Below, piece after piece: positions 1-8,219 of a stretch of 24,000 nucleotides of DNA. The position numbers and the translations under genes were made by a program. Source of the DNA: Paenibacillus uliginis N3/975 (GTDB lineage: Bacteria > Bacillota > Bacilli > Paenibacillales > Paenibacillaceae); contig NZ_LT840184.1 in the NCBI RefSeq assembly GCF_900177425.1, forward strand, positions 395,838-419,837, in the 5' to 3' direction. Positions within the stretch are counted from its first letter, which is position 1. Every line of letters starts with the position of its first letter. The notes under the pieces are model-generated. The model worked only from the letters and a program-made list of their open reading frames with translations. It was not told the DNA's origin and did no database searches.

Positions 1-2
1 AT

Positions 3-635
3 TTTAATCATGTAATTGCAGCAGAGAGGGAAGTCTTCGGGGATCTGAAATTTACTTCAGATAATGTGACTCAACTTTCACTGAAGAGCGGAGATATAAA
101 TATGATTGATCTTGAAACTTTATCTCCAGCACTTAATTCTGATTATTATATTGTTTTTGGAGCTAGCTACATTAAAGGGGGATTATGTGATTTTTTAGTA
201 AAGCAAGGTGCTATTAATATACATATGGGCGTATCCCCTTATTATAGAGGGAACTCGTGTAACTTTTGGGCGCTATATGATGGAAATCCCGAGCTGGTTG
301 GAGCCACTATCCATTTGCTAAGCAAAGGTTTAGATTCTGGTGATATATTGTATCATGCTTTTCCGAAACCAGAATCCATTGACCCATTTGTTCTAGGAAT
401 GAAGGCTGTAAAAAGTGCACATGATTCTCTAATAGAAAATATACAAAGTGGCATTATAAAAGAGTTAGTACCATCTAAGCAAAATAAAGAATCTGAAATT
501 AGATATACTAGAAATAAAGATTTCCATGATGAAGTAGCTAAAGACTATCTTGAGAACTTGCCTGCCCCAGTAGACCTTAAAAATAAGCTTGAGCAAAGAG
601 ATATAAATCAATTTTTATATCCCTATGTGGGATGA
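3..635 (+). CDS. Formyltransferase-family protein (sugar N-formyltransferase-like), 5' end cut by the window edge
   Basis: The reading frame is open from nt 3 to the TGA at 633-635, so the GTG at 66 in the ORF track is probably not the true start. The motifs INIHMGVSPYYRG and GATIHLLSKGLDSGDIL fit the N..H...D catalytic signature (HxSLLPxxRG type) of the formyltransferase N-terminal domain. The motif lies only ~70 codons from the window edge, so the N-terminus is missing. Confidence 0.6.
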   Translation, partial: FNHVIAAEREVFGDLKFTSDNVTQLSLKSGDINMIDLETLSPALNSDYYIVFGASYIKGGLCDFLVKQGAINIHMGVSPYYRGNSCNFWALYDGNPELVGATIHLLSKGLDSGDILYHAFPKPESIDPFVLGMKAVKSAHDSLIENIQSGIIKELVPSKQNKESEIRYTRNKDFHDEVAKDYLENLPAPVDLKNKLEQRDINQFLYPYVG

Positions 636-800
636 GCTATTGAAGTTATCTTGTACTCATCGTAGCCGATGTGGGTAGATGGGGAATGCATATTGAACTT
701 GTACATCTATCTTTGGTGAACATACGTGATTAGTGATTTGCAGGAAAATGTTGTGGCCGTTGGGTGTCCAGCGAAAGTAATTAAATTACGTAAGGGATGA
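636..800 (+). pseudogene. Relic of the 3' end of a left-handed beta-helix (hexapeptide) sugar N-acetyltransferase (EpsM/PglD-like)
   Basis: One frame reads AIEVILYSS*PMWVDGECILNLYIYLW*TYVISDLQENVVAVGCPAKVIKLRKG*. The last ~26 codons match the canonical ..VVAVGxPAKVIK.. C-terminus of hexapeptide acetyltransferases. There are two in-frame stops (TAG 663-665, TGA 717-719) and no N-terminal part. The relic stops 6 nt before the aminotransferase start, as in epsM-epsN or pglD-pglE type pairs. Confidence 0.5.
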
Positions 801-806
801 GACGAC

Positions 807-1955
807 ATGCTAGAACGTGGTGACAGAATTTATTTATCTTCTCCGCACATGAGTGGGTTGGAGCAGCAATATATCTCGGAAGCTTTTGAAACGAACTGGA
901 TAGCTCCTTTGGGTAGAAATGTGGATTGCTTTGAGAAGGAACTTGCTCATTATGTAGGTAGCGAAGGAGCCTTAGCTCTAAGCTCCGGCACTGCTGCAAT
1001 TCATCTGGCACTAATCCTGCTCAATGTTGGTATGGGTGATGTTGTTTTCTGTTCATCGCTGACTTTTGTTGCAAGTGCCAACCCTATTCTGTATCAAGGA
1101 GCAACCCCTGTCTTTATCGACTCTGAGCCCGAAACCTGGAATATGTCGCCTAAAGCTTTGGAGAGGGCACTTAAAGATTATGCTGCTAAAGGACAGAAGC
1201 CAAAGGCAGTCATTGTAGTCAATCTGTACGGGCAAAGCGCGGATTATGACCAGATTAAATCGATATGTGATGAATATGAAGTTCCTATTGTCGAAGATGC
1301 TGCGGAGTCCCTGGGAGCTAGTTATAAAGATAAAAAAAGCGGCACCATCGGTAAGTTTGGTGTTTTTTCTTTTAATGGCAATAAAATTATAACTACCTCG
1401 GGTGGAGGAATGTTAGTTTCGGATGATGCTGGGGCTCTGAATAAGGCGAGGTTTCTGGCTACTCAAGCCAAAGATAAAGCGGTACATTATCAGCATAGTG
1501 TAGTAGGTTTCAATTACCGTTTAAGTAACATTTCAGCAGGAATAGGTAGAGGGCAATTACAGGTTTTAAATGAACGGATTCGAAAAAAACGTGAAATTTT
1601 TAAAGTTTATTATAATGAGTTATCTCGTATTCCGGGAATTGAGTTTATGCCGGATGCACCTTATGGAAATTCTACACGTTGGTTAAGTACTATAGTTCTG
1701 GACCAGGAAGCCTTTAATATTGGTGTATATGAAGTAATTGCTCACCTTGAAAAGCATAACATTGAGTCTAGGCCTGTATGGAAACCACTTCACTTGCAGC
1801 CTTTATTTTCGGATGCCGAATTTTATTTGGATAAAGAGGTCGGGGATGTAAGTTATGATTTGTTTACGAAAGGCATCTGTTTACCTTCAGGAACAAGAAT
1901 GTCGTTAGAAGAACAAATGTATGTAATCAAGCTTATTAAGGATTACATTGGTTAA
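807..1955 (+). CDS. DegT/DnrJ/EryC1/StrS-family PLP-dependent sugar aminotransferase (EpsN/PglE-like, nucleotide-4-keto-6-deoxy-sugar aminotransferase)
   Basis: 382 aa. The N-terminus IYLSSPHMSGLEQQYISEAFETNWIAPLG resembles B. subtilis EpsN from memory, as do AAIHLAL and EDAAESLG. The PLP-lysine context is FSFNGNKIITTSGGGML. The SD AAGGGA lies 9 nt upstream of the ATG. Confidence 0.9.
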   Translation: MLERGDRIYLSSPHMSGLEQQYISEAFETNWIAPLGRNVDCFEKELAHYVGSEGALALSSGTAAIHLALILLNVGMGDVVFCSSLTFVASANPILYQGATPVFIDSEPETWNMSPKALERALKDYAAKGQKPKAVIVVNLYGQSADYDQIKSICDEYEVPIVEDAAESLGASYKDKKSGTIGKFGVFSFNGNKIITTSGGGMLVSDDAGALNKARFLATQAKDKAVHYQHSVVGFNYRLSNISAGIGRGQLQVLNERIRKKREIFKVYYNELSRIPGIEFMPDAPYGNSTRWLSTIVLDQEAFNIGVYEVIAHLEKHNIESRPVWKPLHLQPLFSDAEFYLDKEVGDVSYDLFTKGICLPSGTRMSLEEQMYVIKLIKDYIG

Positions 1956-1990
1956 TTTTAGAGGCAGAATAACCTACTTGGAGGTAGTAC

Positions 1991-3544
1991 ATGTTTCATC
2001 TTGGGGAAATTATTCAGATCACAAACAATGATTGCGATAATTTATTAGGTATTGTCTTAGAGAAAGTAAGAAATGGCGTTGTTGTATTACGAGCTGATCC
2101 TGTAATTTATGAGCAAGATTCGGATTGTGTTTTACTTTTAGGCGACCATACGGATATCCCGGTTAATATCACCGAAAAATTGTATGTAGATGAAAAGGAT
2201 GCAGTGCGTGTTGGGAACGTAGATATTAATACATTCGAGAAAATTAAAAGAAAAGAAATTTTATCTAATGTAAATGAATTTTATCATCTGTTTCATTGGT
2301 CTGAAAAACCGTTCATCCCAGAGGAAACATCACTTTCATATGGTGGAAGAGTATATGATGAAAGAGAAATGATGAATTTAGTAGATTCTTCATTAGATTT
2401 TTGGTTGACTTCAGGGCGGTATAGCAAACAATTTGAGAAAGAATTCGCCAAGTATATTGGCGTAAAATACGCTTTGCTTACGAATTCAGGATCATCGGCT
2501 AATCTATTGGCGTTTTCAGCATTAACCTCACCTAAACTCGGTGATCGTAGAATAAAACCTGGTGATGAAGTTATTACAGTAGCTGCCGGTTTTCCTACAA
2601 CCGTTACACCAATGGTTCAAAATGGAGCCATCCCTGTTTTTATTGATGTAGATTTAGGTACATATAACATCCTACCGGATCTTATCGAAGGTGCTATAAC
2701 ATCTAAAACAAAGGCCATCATGATCGCTCATACGATGGGAAATCCCTTTGACTTAAAAAGGGTAATGGAACTGGCAAACCACTATAAATTATGGGTTATT
2801 GAAGATAATTGTGATGCTCTGGGATCACGTTATGACGACCGAATTACAGGAACATTCGGTCATATTGCAACATCAAGCTTTTACCCTCCTCATCATATGA
2901 CAATGGGCGAAGGTGGAGCAGTTTATACTAATGACCCGCTTTTAAAAATGATTATTGAATCCTTCAGAGATTGGGGAAGGGATTGTTGGTGTCCGTCGGG
3001 TTGCGATAACACTTGCAAAAAACGTTTCGGTTGGGAGCTAGGGACCCTTCCTTACGGTTATGACCATAAATATACTTATTCTCACATTGGCTACAATCTG
3101 CGCGTAACGGATATGCAAGCCGCTATTGGTTTAGAACAGTTAAAGAAAGTTCCTAAATTTATTCAAAGACGTATTCATAACTTTAATCGTTTATTTGAAG
3201 GTTTACGCGATTTGGAGCAATACTTCATACTCCCTAAAGCTACAGATCATTCTCAGCCAAGCTGGTTTGGTTTTATTTTAACTTTAAAAGATGATGCAGG
3301 ATTCACCCGAAAAGACATTGTAGATTATCTTGAAGCACGTAAAATACAAACCCGCATGCTTTTTGCAGGTAACCTTACAAGACAGCCAGCATTTCAAGGT
3401 GTGAATTATCGTATACATGGTGATCTGAAAAATACCGATAAGATATTAAAAGATACATTTCTCATTGGGGTCTATCCAGGCTTAACTGACGAAATGATTG
3501 ATTACATTGTTTTTACAATTAGGGAGTTTATCAGCACGATTTAA
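1991..3544 (+). CDS. rfbH: CDP-6-deoxy-L-threo-D-glycero-4-hexulose 3-dehydrase (E1; RfbH/DdhC) with an extra ~80-aa N-terminal domain
   Basis: NSGSSANLLAFSALTSPKLGDRRIKPGDEVITVAAGFPTTV is near-identical to the RfbH consensus. SFYPPHHMTMGEGG has His in place of the PLP lysine, the E1 hallmark. The Cys-rich DCWCPSGCDNTCKKRFG motif fits the Fe-S site. A strong SD (GGAGG) sits 6 nt before the ATG at 1991. At 517 aa it is longer than the ~437 aa typical of RfbH. Confidence 0.87.
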   Translation: MFHLGEIIQITNNDCDNLLGIVLEKVRNGVVVLRADPVIYEQDSDCVLLLGDHTDIPVNITEKLYVDEKDAVRVGNVDINTFEKIKRKEILSNVNEFYHLFHWSEKPFIPEETSLSYGGRVYDEREMMNLVDSSLDFWLTSGRYSKQFEKEFAKYIGVKYALLTNSGSSANLLAFSALTSPKLGDRRIKPGDEVITVAAGFPTTVTPMVQNGAIPVFIDVDLGTYNILPDLIEGAITSKTKAIMIAHTMGNPFDLKRVMELANHYKLWVIEDNCDALGSRYDDRITGTFGHIATSSFYPPHHMTMGEGGAVYTNDPLLKMIIESFRDWGRDCWCPSGCDNTCKKRFGWELGTLPYGYDHKYTYSHIGYNLRVTDMQAAIGLEQLKKVPKFIQRRIHNFNRLFEGLRDLEQYFILPKATDHSQPSWFGFILTLKDDAGFTRKDIVDYLEARKIQTRMLFAGNLTRQPAFQGVNYRIHGDLKNTDKILKDTFLIGVYPGLTDEMIDYIVFTIREFISTI

Positions 3545-3562
3545 CGACAGGGAGGGTTAGTT

Positions 3563-4360
3563 ATGAAGGTGGTAATTTTGGCAGGTGGGTACGGTACAAG
3601 AATCAGTGAAGAATCTCATCTTAAGCCAAAACCAATGATAGAAATAGGGCATAGACCTATACTGTGGCATATTTTAAAGATCTATTCTAGCTACGGGTTT
3701 AATGATTTTATAATATGTTTGGGTTATAAAGGTTTTGTCATTAAGGAGTATTTCGCTAACTACTTCCTGCATGAATCGGATGTGACATTCGATTTTAGAA
3801 ACGGAAATCAGAATATAACGCATAATCATTCTGCCGAACCTTGGAAGGTAACCTTGGTGAATACCGGTATTGATACCATGACTGGTGGAAGGATAAAACG
3901 AATCCAACCTTACATTAGTAACGAGCCGTTTTTCCTTACTTACGGTGATGGAGTTTCAAACGTAGATATTCATAAACTTTTAGATTTTCATAAAATGAAT
4001 GGAAGACTTGCTACGGTAACCTCTACCCAGCCCGAGGGTCGTTTTGGAATTCTAGATATCGATGATCATAGCCAGGTAAGAGGATTTCAGGAAAAACCTA
4101 AAGGCGACCATAGCTGGATAAACGGGGGATTCTTTGTACTTCAACCTGAAATATTTAATTATATTGAGGGCGACCATACGGTTTTTGAAAAAGAACCACT
4201 AGAACAACTAGCCAAGGATGGAGAACTTACCGCATATAAACATAACGGTTTTTGGCATCCGATGGATACGTTACGCGACAAAAATTATCTTGAAAGTTTA
4301 TGGGCTAATAATAAAGCCCCTTGGAAAGTATGGGAAGATAATCGGGTGATGTCATTATGA
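3563..4360 (+). CDS. rfbF: Glucose-1-phosphate cytidylyltransferase (RfbF/DdhA)
   Basis: MKVVILAGGYGTRISEESHLKPKPMIEIGHRPILWHILKIYSSYGFNDFIICLGYKG is the classic RfbF N-terminus. The length (265 aa) is typical. The SD GGAGGG lies 6 nt upstream. Confidence 0.94.
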   Translation: MKVVILAGGYGTRISEESHLKPKPMIEIGHRPILWHILKIYSSYGFNDFIICLGYKGFVIKEYFANYFLHESDVTFDFRNGNQNITHNHSAEPWKVTLVNTGIDTMTGGRIKRIQPYISNEPFFLTYGDGVSNVDIHKLLDFHKMNGRLATVTSTQPEGRFGILDIDDHSQVRGFQEKPKGDHSWINGGFFVLQPEIFNYIEGDHTVFEKEPLEQLAKDGELTAYKHNGFWHPMDTLRDKNYLESLWANNKAPWKVWEDNRVMSL

Positions 4361-5424
4361 AAGATTTTTGGAACGGGAAAAGAGTTTTCCTTACGGGACA
4401 TACAGGTTTTAAGGGATCATGGTTGAGTATGTGGCTATCCATGCTTGGAGCGCAGGTTAAAGGTTATGCATTGGAACCTCCAACTGAGCCCAGTTTGTTT
4501 GAACTGTGTAAAGTAAAGGAGTTGCTAGTTCAGTCTGTTATCAAGGATATAAGGGACTTAGATTCGCTGAAGAGAGAAATGGTAGATTTTCAGCCGGAGA
4601 TAGTCATTCACATGGCAGCTCAACCTTTAGTTAGGGAGTCTTATAGTATTCCGGTAGATACTTACTCTATAAATGTTATGGGTACGGTAAACCTGTTTGA
4701 GGCAGTTCGTGTGACGAAAAGCGTAAAATCAGTTGTCAATGTGACCACGGATAAATGTTATGAAAATAAAGAATGGGTGTGGGGTTACAGGGAAGGGGAA
4801 ACTTTAGGAGGATATGATCCTTATTCCAGCAGCAAGGCTTGCGCGGAGTTAGTAACGGATGCTTATAGAAATTCTTACTTTCCAGCAGAGTATTATGATC
4901 TTCACGGCGTGGCGATTGCCACAGTAAGAGCGGGAAATGTGATCGGTGGTGGGGATTGGGCTAAAGATCGATTGATTCCTGATTGTATGCAATCGCTAAT
5001 ATTAGGAGAGCCCATACACATCAGAAATCCGCATTCCATCAGACCATGGCAACATGTCCTTGAACCATTGAGTGGATACTTGATGATAGCCCAAAGATTG
5101 TTTGAAGACGGAACAGCATACGAAGGAGCATGGAACTTTGGCCCTAACGATCAAGATACAAGATCGGTCGAATGGATTGTCCAGAACTTGTGCGACAAGT
5201 GGAAAGGAAGTCAGGGTTATGTTGTTGAACAGGGTGATCACCCACATGAAGCGGCTTTTTTGAAGTTGGACTGTTCTAAATCCAGAATGAAACTAGGTTG
5301 GTCTCCTCGCTGGGAGTTGGGTGAAGCCCTAGATTATATTATTGAATGGACTGAGGCTTTTAAGAACGGTGAAGGTCTTAGTGCTGTATGCTTTAACCAA
5401 ATTTCGAGATACGAGGGTTTTTAA
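4357..5424 (+). CDS. rfbG: CDP-glucose 4,6-dehydratase (RfbG/DdhB)
   Basis: FWNGKRVFLTGHTGFKGSWLSMWL is the Rossmann motif. YSSSKACAE is the SDR YxxxK motif. The length (355 aa) is typical. An ATGA start/stop overlap with rfbF indicates translational coupling. Confidence 0.94.
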   Translation: MKDFWNGKRVFLTGHTGFKGSWLSMWLSMLGAQVKGYALEPPTEPSLFELCKVKELLVQSVIKDIRDLDSLKREMVDFQPEIVIHMAAQPLVRESYSIPVDTYSINVMGTVNLFEAVRVTKSVKSVVNVTTDKCYENKEWVWGYREGETLGGYDPYSSSKACAELVTDAYRNSYFPAEYYDLHGVAIATVRAGNVIGGGDWAKDRLIPDCMQSLILGEPIHIRNPHSIRPWQHVLEPLSGYLMIAQRLFEDGTAYEGAWNFGPNDQDTRSVEWIVQNLCDKWKGSQGYVVEQGDHPHEAAFLKLDCSKSRMKLGWSPRWELGEALDYIIEWTEAFKNGEGLSAVCFNQISRYEGF

Positions 5425-5433
5425 CGTGGTTTA

Positions 5434-5484
5434 ATTAATGGTAAAAGTATTATCACAGGTGCAGCCGGTTTTGTTGGTACTTTA
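5434..5484 (+). pseudogene. Relic of the N-terminus of an extended-SDR (NAD-dependent epimerase/dehydratase) gene
   Basis: The spacer between rfbG and the ThDP gene translates in frame 1 as INGKSIITGAAGFVGTL. This is the TGxxGxxG Rossmann motif found at the extreme N-terminus of extended SDRs. It has no in-frame start; the ATG at 5438 is one nt out of frame. The motif breaks off after ~17 codons into the SD and start of the next gene. Confidence 0.45.
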
Positions 5485-5499
5485 GGGAGGGGAAAACTT

Positions 5500-7275
5500 G
5501 TGAAAATGAGAGTTGCAGATTATATTACTAACGCATTATATGATGCAGGTGGAAAGCATGTCTTTTTAGTAACTGGTGGTATGATTATGCACCTGACAGA
5601 TGCTTTATACCAGCATGAAAAACAAACTTATGTATGTTGTCATCATGAACAAGCTGTAGCAATGGCAGCTGAAGCTTATGGTAGATATACTGGTGAATTA
5701 GGTGTTGCATATGTAACGGCAGGCCCGGGTGCACTTAACACGATAACAGGAGTAGCGGGTGCATTTATTGATTCATCTCCATCAATTATTGTTGCCGGAA
5801 ACTCAAAAGTTTCATTAGCAAAGATTAAAGGACCTAGGCAATTCCCTCTTCAAGGGTTCGATTCCCTGCCGATATTTGATCGGATCACTAAATATGCCGT
5901 GATGCTGGATGATATATCTAAAGTAAAGTATGAAGTTCAAAAATGTATTCATATAGCGAAAAGTCATCGTGTGGGCCCGGTATATTTAGAGGTTCCAGTA
6001 GATTTACAGGGTGCAACATTTGATCCTGATCTTTATGAAGACTACGTGCCTGAAACAACAGTAGAAGTATGTAGTAACACAGATATTCAAATTGAAATGG
6101 TTAAGGAAGCACTACTAACTAGTAAGCGTCCTTGTCTATTAGTTGGAGCGGGAGTTCGGCTAGCAGGAGCCATAGAAAAATTCATGACTTTTATTAGAAA
6201 AACTGGTATTCCGGTGTTAACTTCACGACTCGGAATGGATCTAATCGATTATCACCATCATCAATTTGTTGGAAGACCTGGAACATATGGTGATCGACCT
6301 GCAAACTTCACAGTCCAGAATGCTGATTTGCTAATTGTAGTGGGTTGTAGGTTAGGAATTGGTTTAGTAGGCTATGACTTCGAGGATTTTGGAAAGAAAG
6401 CTAAAAAAATAATAGTAGATATAGATGACTTAGAATTGAGTAAACCATCGGTTATTCCTGATATTGCAATTAAAGAAGATGCTAAAGTTTTCTTTGACAA
6501 AATGAATGCGGTTATTGATAACGGTAGCTTTAATTATTCTGCTTGGGTGGATCAAACACAACTATGGAAAAGAAAATATCCTGTAAACTTACCTGAATAT
6601 TCCAATGAAACACAGGGTATTAACTCATATCGTGCAATGACCCACTTTTCAGAACGTGTAGGTAAAGATTCTACCTTTGTAGTTGATACAGGTTCTTGTT
6701 TTCACGTTCACGCACAGGCATTTAAAGTGAAACTAGAACAACGCCACATAATTACTGGTGGTCTTTCAACAATGGGATATACTCCAGCTGCGATTGGAGT
6801 TTCTGTTGCTAAGGGTGGGAATGAAGTATATTGCATAACTGGAGACGGGTCATTCCAAATGAACTTACAGGAATTGCAAACTATCGCACATTATAAACTT
6901 CCAATAAAATTTTTTCTACTTAACAACGGTGGATATTTATTAATACGACATACACAAAACAACTTTATGGAAGGCCGTTATATTGGCGAGAGTAGTGATT
7001 CTGGTGTAGGCTTTGCAAGCTTAGAAAAAGTAGCTGAAACATTTGGCTTAGGGTTCATGAAAATTTCAAATCTAAAAGAATTAGATGAGAAAATAGACGA
7101 TTTCATTCACTATAAAGGAGCTATGATATGTGAAGTTATGACTCCGTCTAATCAGCTTCTCATTCCGAGAGTTGCATCTGAAAAGTTAGCAGATGGAACG
7201 ATGGTATCTAAAGCATTCGATGATATGTTTCCTTTCATGTCTAGGGAAGAGTATTACTCAAATTGTTTAGATTAA
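5500..7275 (+). CDS. Thiamine-diphosphate-dependent enzyme, acetolactate-synthase large-subunit-like (YerE-like candidate sugar C-branching carboligase)
   Basis: 591 aa. The N-terminal Pyr domain reads VADYITNALYDAGGKHVFLVTGG...HEQAVAMAAEAYGR. The ThDP-binding motif is ITGDGSFQMNLQELQTIAHYKLPIKFFLLNNGGY. The SD GGGAGGGG lies 7 nt before the GTG at 5500; an ATG at 5506 is an alternative start. Confidence 0.85.
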   Translation: MKMRVADYITNALYDAGGKHVFLVTGGMIMHLTDALYQHEKQTYVCCHHEQAVAMAAEAYGRYTGELGVAYVTAGPGALNTITGVAGAFIDSSPSIIVAGNSKVSLAKIKGPRQFPLQGFDSLPIFDRITKYAVMLDDISKVKYEVQKCIHIAKSHRVGPVYLEVPVDLQGATFDPDLYEDYVPETTVEVCSNTDIQIEMVKEALLTSKRPCLLVGAGVRLAGAIEKFMTFIRKTGIPVLTSRLGMDLIDYHHHQFVGRPGTYGDRPANFTVQNADLLIVVGCRLGIGLVGYDFEDFGKKAKKIIVDIDDLELSKPSVIPDIAIKEDAKVFFDKMNAVIDNGSFNYSAWVDQTQLWKRKYPVNLPEYSNETQGINSYRAMTHFSERVGKDSTFVVDTGSCFHVHAQAFKVKLEQRHIITGGLSTMGYTPAAIGVSVAKGGNEVYCITGDGSFQMNLQELQTIAHYKLPIKFFLLNNGGYLLIRHTQNNFMEGRYIGESSDSGVGFASLEKVAETFGLGFMKISNLKELDEKIDDFIHYKGAMICEVMTPSNQLLIPRVASEKLADGTMVSKAFDDMFPFMSREEYYSNCLD

Positions 7276-7309
7276 TTATTGTTTTAATCAAGAGGTATTA
7301 ATAAAAATT

Positions 7310-8218
7310 ATGGGGAATAACATCATGATTGATAGTAGATTGAAAGTGGCTATCTTGGGAAGCGGGAATATAGGGACTGATCTTCTTATGAAGACGATTA
7401 GATCACCTTACCTGACATGCACTTATTTTGTTGGCAGGCATATAGATTCTCTTGGAATACAAAAAGCAATGAGAAAAGGAATAAGAGTATCAGATCAAAG
7501 TATTGATGCATTAATTAATGATCCTGATAGTTTTGATCTAGTGTTCGATGCAACCTCAGCAAAAAGCCATAAAGCGCATGCTCCTATCCTTAAGGAGATG
7601 GGGAAGGTTGTAATCGATTTAACTCCATCCAACATCGGAGAAAAGTGTGTTCCTGCCGTTAATATTGATCGATGTATTCATTACGACAATGTGAATATGG
7701 TTACATGTGGGGGACAAGCATCAATTCCGTTAGCTTTTGCTATTGGTCAAACACAAACAGATGTTGAATACATTGAAGTTGTTTCTAGTATTGCTTCTAA
7801 AAGTGCTGGCCCAGCTACTCGGAATAACCTGGATGAGTATATTGAAACGACAGAAAAAGGGATTAGCAAGTTTTCAAATTGTAACCAAGTAAAAGCTATA
7901 CTCAACTTGAATCCTGCTGAACCATGTATTGATATGCAAACCACTGTGTTTGCTAAGGTAAAAAGCCCTCGGTTAGTGAATTTAACTAAATATGTAAATG
8001 AAATGGTTGAAAAAATGCGAAATTACGTACCGGGCTATCAATTGCTTATTCCTCCAACAATTGAGAATGAAAGAATTGTAATTATGGTAAAAGTTCAGGG
8101 CCTGGGGGATTTCTTGCCTGCTTATGCTGGTAATTTAGATATCATTAATTGTGCAGCTATTGCTATGGCAGAGAAACATGCATTAGCTAGAAATGTTTCA
8201 AATGAGAGAGGAGTATAG
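7310..8218 (+). CDS. Acetaldehyde dehydrogenase (acetylating, CoA-dependent), DmpF/MhpF family
   Basis: KVAILGSGNIGTDLLMKTIRS is the NAD-binding motif. NVNMVTCGGQASIP is the catalytic Cys motif of the DmpF family. The length (~300 aa) fits. The ATG at 7325 (SD GGGGA, 8-nt spacer) is a better start than 7310. Confidence 0.85.
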   Translation: MGNNIMIDSRLKVAILGSGNIGTDLLMKTIRSPYLTCTYFVGRHIDSLGIQKAMRKGIRVSDQSIDALINDPDSFDLVFDATSAKSHKAHAPILKEMGKVVIDLTPSNIGEKCVPAVNIDRCIHYDNVNMVTCGGQASIPLAFAIGQTQTDVEYIEVVSSIASKSAGPATRNNLDEYIETTEKGISKFSNCNQVKAILNLNPAEPCIDMQTTVFAKVKSPRLVNLTKYVNEMVEKMRNYVPGYQLLIPPTIENERIVIMVKVQGLGDFLPAYAGNLDIINCAAIAMAEKHALARNVSNERGV

Positions 8219-8219
8219 C

